A stretch of DNA of 64,000 nucleotides from a virus, in the IMG/VR virus record IMGVR_UViG_3300034101_003866, positions 32,001 through 96,000 of that record; one strand, given 5' to 3'. Of this stretch, positions 9,736-18,916 are shown piece by piece. The position numbers and the translations under genes are program-made. The stretch's first letter is position 1, and each line of letters opens with the position of its first letter. Below the pieces are notes generated by a model. That model saw only the letters and a program-made list of their open reading frames with translations. It had not been told where the DNA came from and searched no databases.

Positions 9736-10392
9736 ATGACAAGGAATAAATTACTATCTGAACTGAGTTCTGTAATACCTTCTATTAATATAGATAATAT
9801 CAAATATGCCACAAAGATGGTAGAAGATAAGGAAGTTTCAACGGTAATTGATTTTGATTATAAATCTATTCTTGATAATCCTCCTATAAATAGTAGCGGT
9901 TCTACATTAAAGGAATTAATTTACATATCAAAGATTACCAATAATAGGAACGATGACGATATTGAATTTGTTCATAAAATAGATAAAAATGCAGCGTCTT
10001 TAGTTATTGATTTTTGTGAGAATAAAAATATTAAATTCCCACAATCTGATTTTGATAATTTATATAATATTATTAAACCTCTTGTATTTAATACTAAAAA
10101 CTATTTTAATAGAGCAAGACCTTATCAATTGGCCAAATTTTATGGATTAACAATTGATGTTATTGAAACCGATACTCATCACACTCCATCCTATCCGTCT
10201 GGACACACGGTGTATGCTAGACTAGCAGGCAATCTTGTGTTAAGTTCTCATCCAGAGTTCAAATACGAATTGGATCAAATTGTAAACAAGAGCGCTTATG
10301 CTAGGGTTTTACAAGGCGTTCATTATCCTTCAGACAATTCGGCTTCAATTATTTTTACTGATTTTATTTTTCACAAACTATATAAGAGATAA
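9736..10392 (+). CDS. PAP2-superfamily phosphatase / vanadium haloperoxidase-like
   Basis: K-x6-RP (KNYFNRARP), SYPSGH, R-x5-H-x3-D (RVLQGVHYPSD). Confidence 0.9.
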   Translation: MTRNKLLSELSSVIPSINIDNIKYATKMVEDKEVSTVIDFDYKSILDNPPINSSGSTLKELIYISKITNNRNDDDIEFVHKIDKNAASLVIDFCENKNIKFPQSDFDNLYNIIKPLVFNTKNYFNRARPYQLAKFYGLTIDVIETDTHHTPSYPSGHTVYARLAGNLVLSSHPEFKYELDQIVNKSAYARVLQGVHYPSDNSASIIFTDFIFHKLYKR

Positions 10393-10397
10393 TAATT

Positions 10398-11102
10398 ATG
10401 GACAGAATTTATAATTTATTAAATATTGTCGAACAATCCTTAGTACAAAAAACAAATGAGGATGCATCAGCGTCCAATCTCAACACATCAATAGCAATGT
10501 GCAAACTTAAAGCAGGGGATAAAGTTAAAAATATCAATGCCGCCTGTATGCATTACGGTAGCGAGGGCATTGTTGAAACTATAGAAGAGATGCCAGAAAA
10601 TATAGGATACGTGATTGGTTACAAAACAACAAATGCTGGATCATCATGGACAGTGGATCAATATTTAAGAAAAACAGAAGACCAACTAAGCCTAGTAGAT
10701 TCTATTGATGATTATGGTCTGGCCGAAGAAGAAATGGAATCTCCAGAAGAAGAACTAAATGAATATAAAGAAGATTTTTTTGAAATGAGTGTTGGCTCAC
10801 TTAGAGCAATAGCCACACATGCTCAAGAAATAATGAATTCTTTGGACAATCCATCCGTAAAAGAAAACTTGACAGAGAGCTGGTTGCAGGGTAAGATCGC
10901 CATAACTGAGGACTACATGAGAACAATTCATGATTTTGTCATGTATGTCTCAGACTCTGACGATACTATATCTGCTGCTGACAAGCAAGGTCTTTGGGAT
11001 AACATACGAAAAAAGAAAGAGAGAGAAGGAAAGAAGTATAGACCAGCAAAGCCAGGAGACAAAGATAGGCCAGATCCAAAACAATGGAAAAAGCTGACAT
11101 AG
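10398..11102 (+). CDS. Modular phage protein, possibly an internal head protein
   Basis: SH3/KOW-like KAGDKVKN segment, acidic helical segment (ESWLQGKIAITEDYM), basic C-terminal GLWDNIRKKK module. Confidence 0.55.
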   Translation: MDRIYNLLNIVEQSLVQKTNEDASASNLNTSIAMCKLKAGDKVKNINAACMHYGSEGIVETIEEMPENIGYVIGYKTTNAGSSWTVDQYLRKTEDQLSLVDSIDDYGLAEEEMESPEEELNEYKEDFFEMSVGSLRAIATHAQEIMNSLDNPSVKENLTESWLQGKIAITEDYMRTIHDFVMYVSDSDDTISAADKQGLWDNIRKKKEREGKKYRPAKPGDKDRPDPKQWKKLT

Positions 11103-11154
11103 TACGAAGTTAATAGGACTAATTGCTTAATTTATAAACTCAATAAAGGACATC

Positions 11155-11757
11155 TTGATTATGGACAGACAGTACGACAGTCTAGATACATATATTAATC
11201 TAGCAAAGAAGACGATATCAAAATTCTGCCCCAAATTCTATAATGGATTATCAGCAGAAATGCTAAAGAATAATGATGCAATATCTGATGTTGCAACGGC
11301 GATAATGTATGCTGATTGGAGATTCGATCCAACCAGAACAGGTAAAAATGGACAAGCCAAAACCTTGTATTCTTATAGAAATCAATGTGCTATTTGGGCT
11401 ATTAAAACATATGTGACTAATAAATATAAGAAAAATACAGATTCTATTAGTCTTGACTCTAACTCCAAAGTATCAGATTTATCGATGCACTCGACCATAT
11501 CAGATGTAAAGGCGCCCGAACCAATAGAGATTCTAATAGAAGCAGAACAAACTACCAATTTAAAAAATACAATTGGGGATTTATTGTCAAATAGTAATCT
11601 ATCAGAAAAACAAAGAGAACAGATTAGAATGTATTATTTAGAGAATCACACCTTATCTCATATTGGTAAGAAATTTGGAGTATCACGAGAAGCAGTTAGA
11701 CAGAATATCAAAAGAGCCTTAGATATTATTAGATCATATGATAAATGCCAAGTTTAA
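11155..11757 (+). CDS. Phage-encoded sigma-70 family factor (regions 2 and 4)
   Basis: A..RFDP...LYSY...WAI (regions 2.3/2.4); LSEKQRE.I...TLSHIGKKFGVSREAVRQ (region 4.2 HTH). Confidence 0.85.
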   Translation: MIMDRQYDSLDTYINLAKKTISKFCPKFYNGLSAEMLKNNDAISDVATAIMYADWRFDPTRTGKNGQAKTLYSYRNQCAIWAIKTYVTNKYKKNTDSISLDSNSKVSDLSMHSTISDVKAPEPIEILIEAEQTTNLKNTIGDLLSNSNLSEKQREQIRMYYLENHTLSHIGKKFGVSREAVRQNIKRALDIIRSYDKCQV

Positions 11758-12085
11758 TCTAGCCATACTGGTTTTAGACCCCTCTGTTAATAGATACAAA
11801 ATACTATCATCTAAAGCAGATGATTTAGAACTTCCGTATCTTGATATTGAAACTAATCTTGATATTAATTCTTGCTTAGATCATTTAGTATCTACAAAAA
11901 TAGATAAAAATGATTCATATCTTAATTTTAGATTAACAGATGTGGAACTATCAGAAATGCTAGAAATTTATTATCTTGTTTTTATAACCTATGAATCTGT
12001 TGTAAAAGACGGATTTTTACTAGACATACAAACTTCTCTTACAAGACTTCCAAACAATGCTAAGAAAATTCTTACACTACTTTAA
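11738..12085 (+). CDS. Hypothetical protein
   Basis: 115-aa ORF overlapping both neighbours. Confidence 0.6.
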   Translation: MINAKFNLAILVLDPSVNRYKILSSKADDLELPYLDIETNLDINSCLDHLVSTKIDKNDSYLNFRLTDVELSEMLEIYYLVFITYESVVKDGFLLDIQTSLTRLPNNAKKILTLL

Positions 12086-12446
12086 ATTCTTAAAAACAAA
12101 GCAAGAACCAGAGACATTAAGCATTATAATTTCCTTAAAAAGTAATTATGATATTGATATACAATTTAAGTATCCAAACCTTAATAGTACAGATATAAAT
12201 AATATACCAAATATTGCAGAAAAGTATGCAGAATTATTGATCTATATTAACAGCAATCCGCTAAAATATAAATTATTAGATACAATAAAAGATAAATCAT
12301 ATAGGTCAGAAGACATTAAAGAAAAATTATTTTTTGATAATGTTATCTCTTTTTATGACCTAATTAGGCAAGAAATTAAAAAAGCCAATATTATTAATAA
12401 TAACGGCCCACTTATTAATCCAATGTCCGTCTTTGCAACAAAGTGA
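12057..12446 (+). CDS. Hypothetical protein
   Basis: 129-aa ORF in operon context. Confidence 0.6.
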   Translation: MLRKFLHYFKFLKTKQEPETLSIIISLKSNYDIDIQFKYPNLNSTDINNIPNIAEKYAELLIYINSNPLKYKLLDTIKDKSYRSEDIKEKLFFDNVISFYDLIRQEIKKANIINNNGPLINPMSVFATK

Positions 12447-12523
12447 TATTGGAAATCTGGACTTTTGATTTACTATAAGGGGTATAATGTCTTGTTCTAT
12501 CTCTGCTTGACGGGGGTTCCATA

Positions 12524-12964
12524 ATGGATAAAAATAATCTAATTATATGGCAAAAATGGCTAGACCCATTTGGATCAGATGATCCCGATGTTGATGAGTT
12601 TGATCCGTACACAGGCAATTATATAGATAGTGATGAAGATCTTGAGAAAGATGAAGAAGAGAATAGTTATGAAGAAATTACTAAGAAAAAAAATAAAGCA
12701 GTCAGAGTCATTGCTACTCCTATGGGAATAATACCAATGAATGAGAATACTGCTAGTGGAAAACTTTTTAATTTTTGGATGGGGCATACTAATTTTGATA
12801 TATCTAAAAAAATAGCACAGATTATAGAAAGAACAGACGGAGTTGAAACGCTGGATATTTTTACAAGATACAGATTCAGAGTGTCAATAGGCAAAGCCTT
12901 TGATGATTCAGAAACTATGAGAAACATCAATAAAACAATATATAGTGAGTTAAATAATGGCTAG
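12524..12964 (+). CDS. Conserved-looking acidic hypothetical protein
   Basis: W.KW.DP, acidic linker, FNFWMGHTNFDI, GVETL..FTRYRFR..IGK.F. Confidence 0.65.
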   Translation: MDKNNLIIWQKWLDPFGSDDPDVDEFDPYTGNYIDSDEDLEKDEEENSYEEITKKKNKAVRVIATPMGIIPMNENTASGKLFNFWMGHTNFDISKKIAQIIERTDGVETLDIFTRYRFRVSIGKAFDDSETMRNINKTIYSELNNG

Positions 12965-13619
12965 AATAAACACCAGCGATACAGAATTACAGTCTTTACA
13001 CTCATATAATATTGATATAAAGAACAGAGAAATATTTTTACATTCTCATTTTGGATATGATGAAGACGAAGCTGGTGTTGACTACAGATCGTCTGTTACA
13101 TTTGAAAAAAATCTACGCTTTCTAAATCAACAATCCGGAGACCCCGTATTAATACATATGCATTTACCTGGGGGAGACTGGGAGGACTGCTTAAGCTTGT
13201 GTGATACTATAAAATATAGTCGTTCTAAAACAACAATATTAGCATATGCTAAAGTTCAATCCGCTAGTAGTATTATTTTTCAATCTGCTAATCTAAGAAT
13301 ATTAATGCCAAATGTAAATATGCTCATTCATTATGGCTCAATCAGTATAGATGACGAACACAAAGCAGCAATTAGTAGCTTACAATGGAGTGAAAGAGAA
13401 TCAGCAAAAATGCTTGATATCTTTGTTGATAAGTGGATGAGTAGTCCAATGTCAAAAGAAAAGAATTGGAAAAAACCAATAGCACGAAAACATATTCAAA
13501 GTCAATTAGCTACAAAAAGTGATTGGATACTAACAGCAGAGGAAGCGGTGTATTATGGTTTTGCGGATGGTATACTCGGAGATAAGAAATATCCAACCAT
13601 AGAATCATTAAAAAAGTAA
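12957..13619 (+). CDS. clpP: ClpP-like serine protease
   Basis: NREIFL, PGG, VQSAS (Ser), MLIHYG (His), SDWILTAEEAVYYGFAD (Asp); triad appears intact. Confidence 0.85.
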   Translation: MARINTSDTELQSLHSYNIDIKNREIFLHSHFGYDEDEAGVDYRSSVTFEKNLRFLNQQSGDPVLIHMHLPGGDWEDCLSLCDTIKYSRSKTTILAYAKVQSASSIIFQSANLRILMPNVNMLIHYGSISIDDEHKAAISSLQWSERESAKMLDIFVDKWMSSPMSKEKNWKKPIARKHIQSQLATKSDWILTAEEAVYYGFADGILGDKKYPTIESLKK

Positions 13620-13623
13620 GACT

Positions 13624-14286
13624 ATGCATTTAGAATACTGCTATTATGATATAACTCTCAAAGATTCAGAATTAATAGATATTATAAATAAAGTTATTAA
13701 ATTTGATCTAAAGACCATATCTGTTCTTCCATCATATCTTAGACCGCTCAAGTCAATACTCTCAAGCACAGATATCGCAGCATCTGCCCCAATAGATTTT
13801 CCTCTTGGCACAATGGATCTAAAATCCAGACTATCTGTTGCTGAAAACTGTATTAAAAATGGAGCATCCATACTTGATGTTGTATGTCCAACACACTTAT
13901 TATGCAATAGAAAGTATGATAAATTTCGTGAAGACATAAAAGAAATGCAGAGCTTGTGTTCTAATTCAAATTTAGAGATTAGATATGTTCTTGAATATCG
14001 CCAATTTAGTTATGAGTTATTATATAAAGTTGCACAAATATTATATGATTTTAATATTACAACGATATATCCTGCAAGTGGATATCTAATTGACGATATT
14101 TCTGATAATATAACAGCCTCGGCCCTCATAAATAAAAAAGTGCCTAATATTAATATAATTTGTAATGGCAATATCTGGAACGATAATCAGATAAAAATGG
14201 CTAAAAAAAGTAAAATTTATGGTTTAAGAGTCAATTCCTTAAATGCCTTAGAATTGATAACAAAAGAAAACATAATAGAGAATTAA
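13624..14286 (+). CDS. Deoxyribose-phosphate aldolase (DeoC)-fold protein lacking catalytic lysines
   Basis: V.PSY, DFPLG, NGAS.LDVV and YVLE match DeoC; KTSTG appears as YPASG and KASGG as ICNGN. Confidence 0.8.
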   Translation: MHLEYCYYDITLKDSELIDIINKVIKFDLKTISVLPSYLRPLKSILSSTDIAASAPIDFPLGTMDLKSRLSVAENCIKNGASILDVVCPTHLLCNRKYDKFREDIKEMQSLCSNSNLEIRYVLEYRQFSYELLYKVAQILYDFNITTIYPASGYLIDDISDNITASALINKKVPNINIICNGNIWNDNQIKMAKKSKIYGLRVNSLNALELITKENIIEN

Positions 14287-14294
14287 CCTTTTTA

Positions 14295-14310
14295 GGTGTA
14301 CTAGATTATA
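14295..14310 (+). promoter_or_regulatory. GGTGTA-N6-TATA putative phage promoter
   Basis: GGTGTACTAGATTATA, intergenic, upstream of ORF 14351. Confidence 0.55.
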
Positions 14311-14350
14311 GATTTTAAACAATCTTCACAGAACAAAACGGAGATATACA

Positions 14351-14929
14351 ATGGCTATAGCTACATCAGCAGGTGTTAATTACACAATACAACCAAATCT
14401 AACAGGAAGCGGATCCAGAAACAATGGTGGTTCAGCCACTAGAGTTGGAACATCCGCAGAATTAAATAACGTTGCAATTAGCAAAGATACAACCGGAGTT
14501 GTTGGCTCGGTTGTTGTTGACGGAGCAGACACAGACAAGGCAATAAGCGGTGGAACCATCGCACATGATCATGTTAAACCAATTGTTGCTAAGGTCACAT
14601 CAGAAATTGCTGGCCTAGCAAGTACTGCCCTATCAACAAATGCTAATAATCCAGCTCAATTAAGAGCTATTAATAAGGTTGAACGTATCAAGGGTAATGG
14701 AGAGGCCACAGCTATCAGAGCCGGTTACTTTAATATATATACTGGGAAGTTCTCAACCAATCCAACCCCAGTAACAGTTTATCCAACCGGGGTTCCAACA
14801 ACTAACCAAGCATGGGTTGGCACTGACGATGCTGCCACACCAACCAGAAGTGCTCCTGGCGAACTTGTTTTCAGAACTGGTGCTAAGCTACCCGTTAGAG
14901 ACAGAGACTATTCTGCCAAGAACGGCTGA
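14351..14929 (+). CDS. Probable abundant virion structural protein
   Basis: Ala/Thr/Gly-rich 192 aa, GGAG SD, own promoter motif and terminator. Confidence 0.5.
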   Translation: MAIATSAGVNYTIQPNLTGSGSRNNGGSATRVGTSAELNNVAISKDTTGVVGSVVVDGADTDKAISGGTIAHDHVKPIVAKVTSEIAGLASTALSTNANNPAQLRAINKVERIKGNGEATAIRAGYFNIYTGKFSTNPTPVTVYPTGVPTTNQAWVGTDDAATPTRSAPGELVFRTGAKLPVRDRDYSAKNG

Positions 14930-14953
14930 TAGTAATAGAATAAAATCTAAGTT

Positions 14954-14997
14954 AAAAGAGCAAAGCCATCAATTATGTTGTTGGCTTTTTGCTTTTT
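14954..14997 (+). terminator. Rho-independent terminator
   Basis: agcaaagcca...tggctttttgct imperfect stem followed by a T-run, right after the 14929 stop. Confidence 0.7.
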
Positions 14998-15013
14998 AGT
15001 GTATCTAATAATA
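14998..15013 (+). promoter_or_regulatory. AGTGTA-N6-AATA, variant of the putative phage promoter
   Basis: Directly after the terminator, upstream of ORF 15039. Confidence 0.4.
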
Positions 15014-15038
15014 CCGCCACAATAAAAGGGTTTTAATT

Positions 15039-15359
15039 ATGAGTGATACCATAGTTCACTTTTGGGAAAGCATAGCCACTACTAGTATTGGTATCATTAT
15101 TACTATGATTGGTTTTTGGGTGGCAATAGGCAAAAATATGGCCACAAAGTCAGAAGTTGCTGAAATGATAGAAACAAAATCTCCATATTTACATGATAGA
15201 CAGTTTATTATGGAAAGGCTTGCTGTGAACAAAGAAACACAGGCAGCATTAACAAATATGTTGCAACGCAATACAGAAGTTATGAATGAACTTAAAATTC
15301 AAATAGCAACACTTGGTAAAACATTAGAAGCACTAGAAGAAAGAATAGAAAGAACTTGA
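15039..15359 (+). CDS. Single-TM coiled-coil membrane protein
   Basis: N-terminal TM (SIGIIITMIGFWVAIG) and C-terminal heptad repeats. Confidence 0.6.
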   Translation: MSDTIVHFWESIATTSIGIIITMIGFWVAIGKNMATKSEVAEMIETKSPYLHDRQFIMERLAVNKETQAALTNMLQRNTEVMNELKIQIATLGKTLEALEERIERT

Positions 15360-15367
15360 GGTAAAAT

Positions 15368-15559
15368 ATGGCAATCGATATTGAACTAATAAATACTAAT
15401 AATCCAATTAAAAACGGAACAACTGTAACAACCTGTTCGTTCTCTGGTAAATATAATACTATCAATACATATGTTAACAATACTCCGATAATAGCAGATA
15501 TCGAATCCAAATATGATGAATTGTTTGATGATATCACATACTATATACTAGGTAGTTAA
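15368..15559 (+). CDS. Hypothetical protein
   Basis: 63 aa, GAGG SD. Confidence 0.55.
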   Translation: MAIDIELINTNNPIKNGTTVTTCSFSGKYNTINTYVNNTPIIADIESKYDELFDDITYYILGS

Positions 15560-15561
15560 TT

Positions 15562-16785
15562 ATGACTACTAATCGTTTTGCTTTAACGTCTGACATAAAT
15601 GAGCTTCCATCTTCTGTTTCTGTAAGTGGTAGTGATCTATTCGCCTTCTCTGATGATCCCGCCTCTGCAACAGTAACCAGAAAAATTACTTTTAGTGGCA
15701 TAAGAACTTCAATATTTAATCAGCCAACAACTCTTCAATTGAGACAAGGCACAAATACAGAAAGAACATATATTACTCCATCTAGTGGAGAACCAATATG
15801 GACCACAGATAATAAAAAATTATTTGTTGGAGATGGATCCGCAGTTGGAGGAATTCTTGTAGGGCCATATACTCCTCCAGAACTTACAAATGGCAACTCA
15901 AATAGTGGCACTCTTTCTATTATTTGTGGAGGAACAGGCAATAATATAGCTAATGGATCTATATATAGTAATATTAATGGGGGTTTAACTAATTATGGTA
16001 GTGGAGTTTCGTTTTGCATAGCGGGAGGAAGCAATAACAGCATAGGAACAAATGGTTCTTATTGTGCTATTGGTGGGGGTCAAAATAATAATATTCAATC
16101 ACAACATTCTACAATAGCAGGAGGATTATCAAATATAATAGGAACAATCGTCCCATATTCAACAATAGGAGGAGGAATCTCCAACAGGTCTTATGCTACC
16201 GGTGTAACAATATGCGGCGGAGCGCTCAACATTTCCTACAATACATATGGAACCATATGTGGTGGTTTTTCTAACCATATTTATGGTAATTATGCAACAA
16301 TTATAGGAGGAAATTCTGCTAAAGCAACACTTTATGGGCAAGTTTCTCATGCCGCCGGACATTTTGCTAATCGCGGAGATGCTCAACATACTACTTTAAT
16401 AGCACGACAAGAAACATCTGACACAACAGATACTGTGCTAACACTCGACGGTCTAGCCCCATCTGTTGACAACACTATACTGCTCACAGCCAAAACTTGT
16501 TGGATGTTTACAATTAAAGTAAGTGCATATAATGATTCAGACAACATTGGGGCGTCATGGCTCCTAAAAGGAGGAATAAGAAGAAATAATTCCAATCAAA
16601 CAACTTTAGTTGGAAATGTAACATCAGAAAGCTGGATAGAAAGTGGAATGTCTGGAACATCAGTCTCAGTAACAGCAAACAATACCAGTGACACACTAGA
16701 AATAACAGCAAAAGGATTGGCTGGCAAGAATATTCGCTGGGTAGCATTACTTGATATTTGCCAAGCAAGCTATGGTGTTCCATGA
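15562..16785 (+). CDS. Tail fibre / receptor-binding-like protein
   Basis: LQLRQGT..ER...P.SGEP.WTTDNKKLFVGDG (Mtd/hyaluronidase-type N-terminal module), GG-N repeats, C-terminal beta-rich domain. Confidence 0.75.
   Translation: MTTNRFALTSDINELPSSVSVSGSDLFAFSDDPASATVTRKITFSGIRTSIFNQPTTLQLRQGTNTERTYITPSSGEPIWTTDNKKLFVGDGSAVGGILVGPYTPPELTNGNSNSGTLSIICGGTGNNIANGSIYSNINGGLTNYGSGVSFCIAGGSNNSIGTNGSYCAIGGGQNNNIQSQHSTIAGGLSNIIGTIVPYSTIGGGISNRSYATGVTICGGALNISYNTYGTICGGFSNHIYGNYATIIGGNSAKATLYGQVSHAAGHFANRGDAQHTTLIARQETSDTTDTVLTLDGLAPSVDNTILLTAKTCWMFTIKVSAYNDSDNIGASWLLKGGIRRNNSNQTTLVGNVTSESWIESGMSGTSVSVTANNTSDTLEITAKGLAGKNIRWVALLDICQASYGVP
15913..16320 (+). repeat. About 9 protein-level repeats (s/t-I-x-GG-x-x-N, 15-17 aa), probable beta-helix
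   Basis: IICGGTGN, NINGGLTN, CIAGGSNN, AIGGGQNN, TIAGGLSN, TIGGGISN, TICGGALN, TICGGFSN, TIIGGNS. Confidence 0.85.
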
Positions 16786-18041
16786 TGTATGACGCAGTTA
16801 ATGCTCCGGGTAACTGCGGAACTGTCAATAATGATCCTCCACAATACACTATTCGTCAATCAGCAATTGGAGGAGACGATATAAAGATAACTGTCGAACC
16901 ATTTACTCGAATAATATCATCAACAGCATCGTCTTACGTTTTATATGACGCTAATCTCATAAATAATACCAGTACGCTCACAGTTACGGACCACCTCGTG
17001 TCTGTATCAAAAACAAATAATATCTCAGATATTGACATATATAGTTTAAATACTAATGTAGTAAATACTATTAGTTCTTATAATGGAGGTACGATGGTTG
17101 CCTCTGGAGTTAATACTGGCTCCACATCAATAGTTGCTAGCGGAATTAATTTAATAAATAATTTTAGTATTGCTGATGTACAAATCACAAGGATTGGTGG
17201 ACAATCCATAACTTCTTTTTCTTCGTATTTAAATGGAACACTTGGTAAGCACTGTAGTGATGCTATAGATACTAGGATAGTAGGGAAAAATTCATTAACT
17301 ACAAAACCCATTTTTACTACGCAAAATCATTCAAATTCCACATATGTTAGGAATACTAATTGTTGGGCTTATGATTTAGATTTAACTTGCATAAGTCCTT
17401 GGAATACAACTGGAGCAAATACTATGGCTGGAACTTTGATCAGCCCATGTCATATTGTTTTTGCAACGCATTTCCAGATCGATACTGGAGCTAAAATTAG
17501 ATTTATTACTAATAATAATGTTGTTATAGAAAGAACAATGATTGATAAAATTGATATAGCTAATGATATCACATTAGGTATTTTAGATAGCGACGTTCCA
17601 GGCACCATATCTTTTGCAAAAATTTTACCGAGCAATTGGTCAAACTATTTGCCAAACTTATGGGGAAATAGTGCTCATCCGACCAATAACAGCACATTAT
17701 GCAAAGTGCCTATACTTTGTCTTGATCAAGAAGAGAAAGCATTAGTACATGATATGAATATTGGAGGAGGAAATTGCGGATGGAGAGCTCCGATTGCAGG
17801 TGATAGATTGTCTTTTTATGAGCCTATAGTTCTTTATGATAGTGGGAATCCATGTTTTCTAATTGTGAACAATTCATTAGTTTTAATGTCAACATATTCA
17901 TATTCAGTTAGTGGTCCGTTTTATCCTGCATATATAACCTCGATCAACACTGGTATGAATACGCTTTGGACAAGAAATGGAAAATCAGGAAGCTCTTATT
18001 CTATCACAACAGTAGATTTAACTGGATTCACATCATTTTAA
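16782..18041 (+). CDS. Virion-associated trypsin-like serine protease with N-terminal Ig-like region
   Basis: ATG at 16782 overlaps the upstream TGA (ATGA); GTLISPCHIVFATH (His), NDITLGILD (Asp), YDSGNP (Ser). Confidence 0.7.
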   Translation: MMYDAVNAPGNCGTVNNDPPQYTIRQSAIGGDDIKITVEPFTRIISSTASSYVLYDANLINNTSTLTVTDHLVSVSKTNNISDIDIYSLNTNVVNTISSYNGGTMVASGVNTGSTSIVASGINLINNFSIADVQITRIGGQSITSFSSYLNGTLGKHCSDAIDTRIVGKNSLTTKPIFTTQNHSNSTYVRNTNCWAYDLDLTCISPWNTTGANTMAGTLISPCHIVFATHFQIDTGAKIRFITNNNVVIERTMIDKIDIANDITLGILDSDVPGTISFAKILPSNWSNYLPNLWGNSAHPTNNSTLCKVPILCLDQEEKALVHDMNIGGGNCGWRAPIAGDRLSFYEPIVLYDSGNPCFLIVNNSLVLMSTYSYSVSGPFYPAYITSINTGMNTLWTRNGKSGSSYSITTVDLTGFTSF

Positions 18042-18056
18042 TACAAATAGCACTAT

Positions 18057-18073
18057 GGTGTATATTTAATATA
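18057..18073 (+). promoter_or_regulatory. GGTGTA-N7-TATA putative phage promoter
   Basis: GGTGTATATTTAATATA, intergenic before ORF 18090. Confidence 0.55.
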
Positions 18074-18089
18074 ACATGGAGAAATTATA

Positions 18090-18416
18090 ATGATTAAACC
18101 TGGTTATAGAACAAGCGAATTTTGGTTTACGTTAGTAAGTTTCATTTTTAGTGGAGCGTATTTATTTGGAGTATTAGATGATTTTAATCATAAAGAAGAT
18201 CTAATACAAGAAACAAGCAAAGGAGTAGAAGCTGTAATACTAATTATTGGTCAATTAACATTATTATTTAGATATGTAAAAGGAAGAACAGATCTTAAAA
18301 AGACTTGGTGGGATACAGCAACACCAGAAGAGAGAAAAACAGCCGTTAGAAGCAAATCTACTAAATCCAAAGCCAAAAAGAAAATTAAAAAGCCAATTCA
18401 GCCCAAAGTAGAGTAG
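18090..18416 (+). CDS. Two-TM membrane protein with basic tail (holin-like)
   Basis: KPGYRTSEFW start, two hydrophobic segments, Lys-rich C-terminus. Confidence 0.55.
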   Translation: MIKPGYRTSEFWFTLVSFIFSGAYLFGVLDDFNHKEDLIQETSKGVEAVILIIGQLTLLFRYVKGRTDLKKTWWDTATPEERKTAVRSKSTKSKAKKKIKKPIQPKVE

Positions 18417-18444
18417 ACAGGGTTTCTGGGTGTATTATAATATA
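18414..18444 (+). promoter_or_regulatory. Overlapping sigma70-like promoter (TAGACA-N16-TATAAT) and GGTGTA-N6-TATA motif
   Basis: TAGACA 18414-19, GGTGTA 18429-34, TATAAT 18436-41. Confidence 0.55.
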
Positions 18445-18472
18445 TAGGGCGTTTTCAAAAAGGACATTTTTT

Positions 18473-18916
18473 ATGGTAGAAGCAGCTTCAATAGACTCGA
18501 TAAAAATTAAAATGGATGAATTCATGACACAGGTTAAAATCTCTTTAGGAGAGGTTAAATCTGTAGCCATATCTCAAGCATGGAAAATTCTACAACTTGC
18601 TGTTGCTCAAACGGTACAGGTATTAGAGCAGAACGCTAATAATTTGGCTGGTCCAGATAAAAAAGCTATGGCTATGGACTATCTATCAAAATTTTATGAT
18701 AGTGTTTTTACCGTTGTTGACGTTCCTATGATCCCAAACTTCATTCAACCAATTATTCGTCAATACGTAAAAGTATTTCTGATGGCACTAGTCAGTTCTA
18801 GTATTGATGCTATGGTCACCACATTCAGACAAGTTGGAGTCTTTAAAACACAGCCGTTAGTTTCACAATCTATCAAGTCTAACCCCAAAGTTAAAAGAGT
18901 GAGGAAAAAGAAATGA
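18473..18916 (+). CDS. Helical hypothetical protein (G..KK motif, holin-like)
   Basis: LAGPDKKAMA, VDVP.IP, amphipathic helices, basic tail. Confidence 0.5.
   Translation: MVEAASIDSIKIKMDEFMTQVKISLGEVKSVAISQAWKILQLAVAQTVQVLEQNANNLAGPDKKAMAMDYLSKFYDSVFTVVDVPMIPNFIQPIIRQYVKVFLMALVSSSIDAMVTTFRQVGVFKTQPLVSQSIKSNPKVKRVRKKK

Noticed and set aside
12447-12523. tRNA or structured ncRNA in this and other intergenic gaps
   Set aside because: No cloverleaf or T-loop consensus; this gap has a TATAAT (12483) without a well-spaced -35, and the larger gaps at 5466-5600, 27021-27155 and 43420-43592 hold small ORFs
15562-16785. Diversity-generating retroelement target, suggested by the Mtd-like N-terminus
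   Set aside because: No reverse transcriptase, template repeat or C-type-lectin variable region seen in the window
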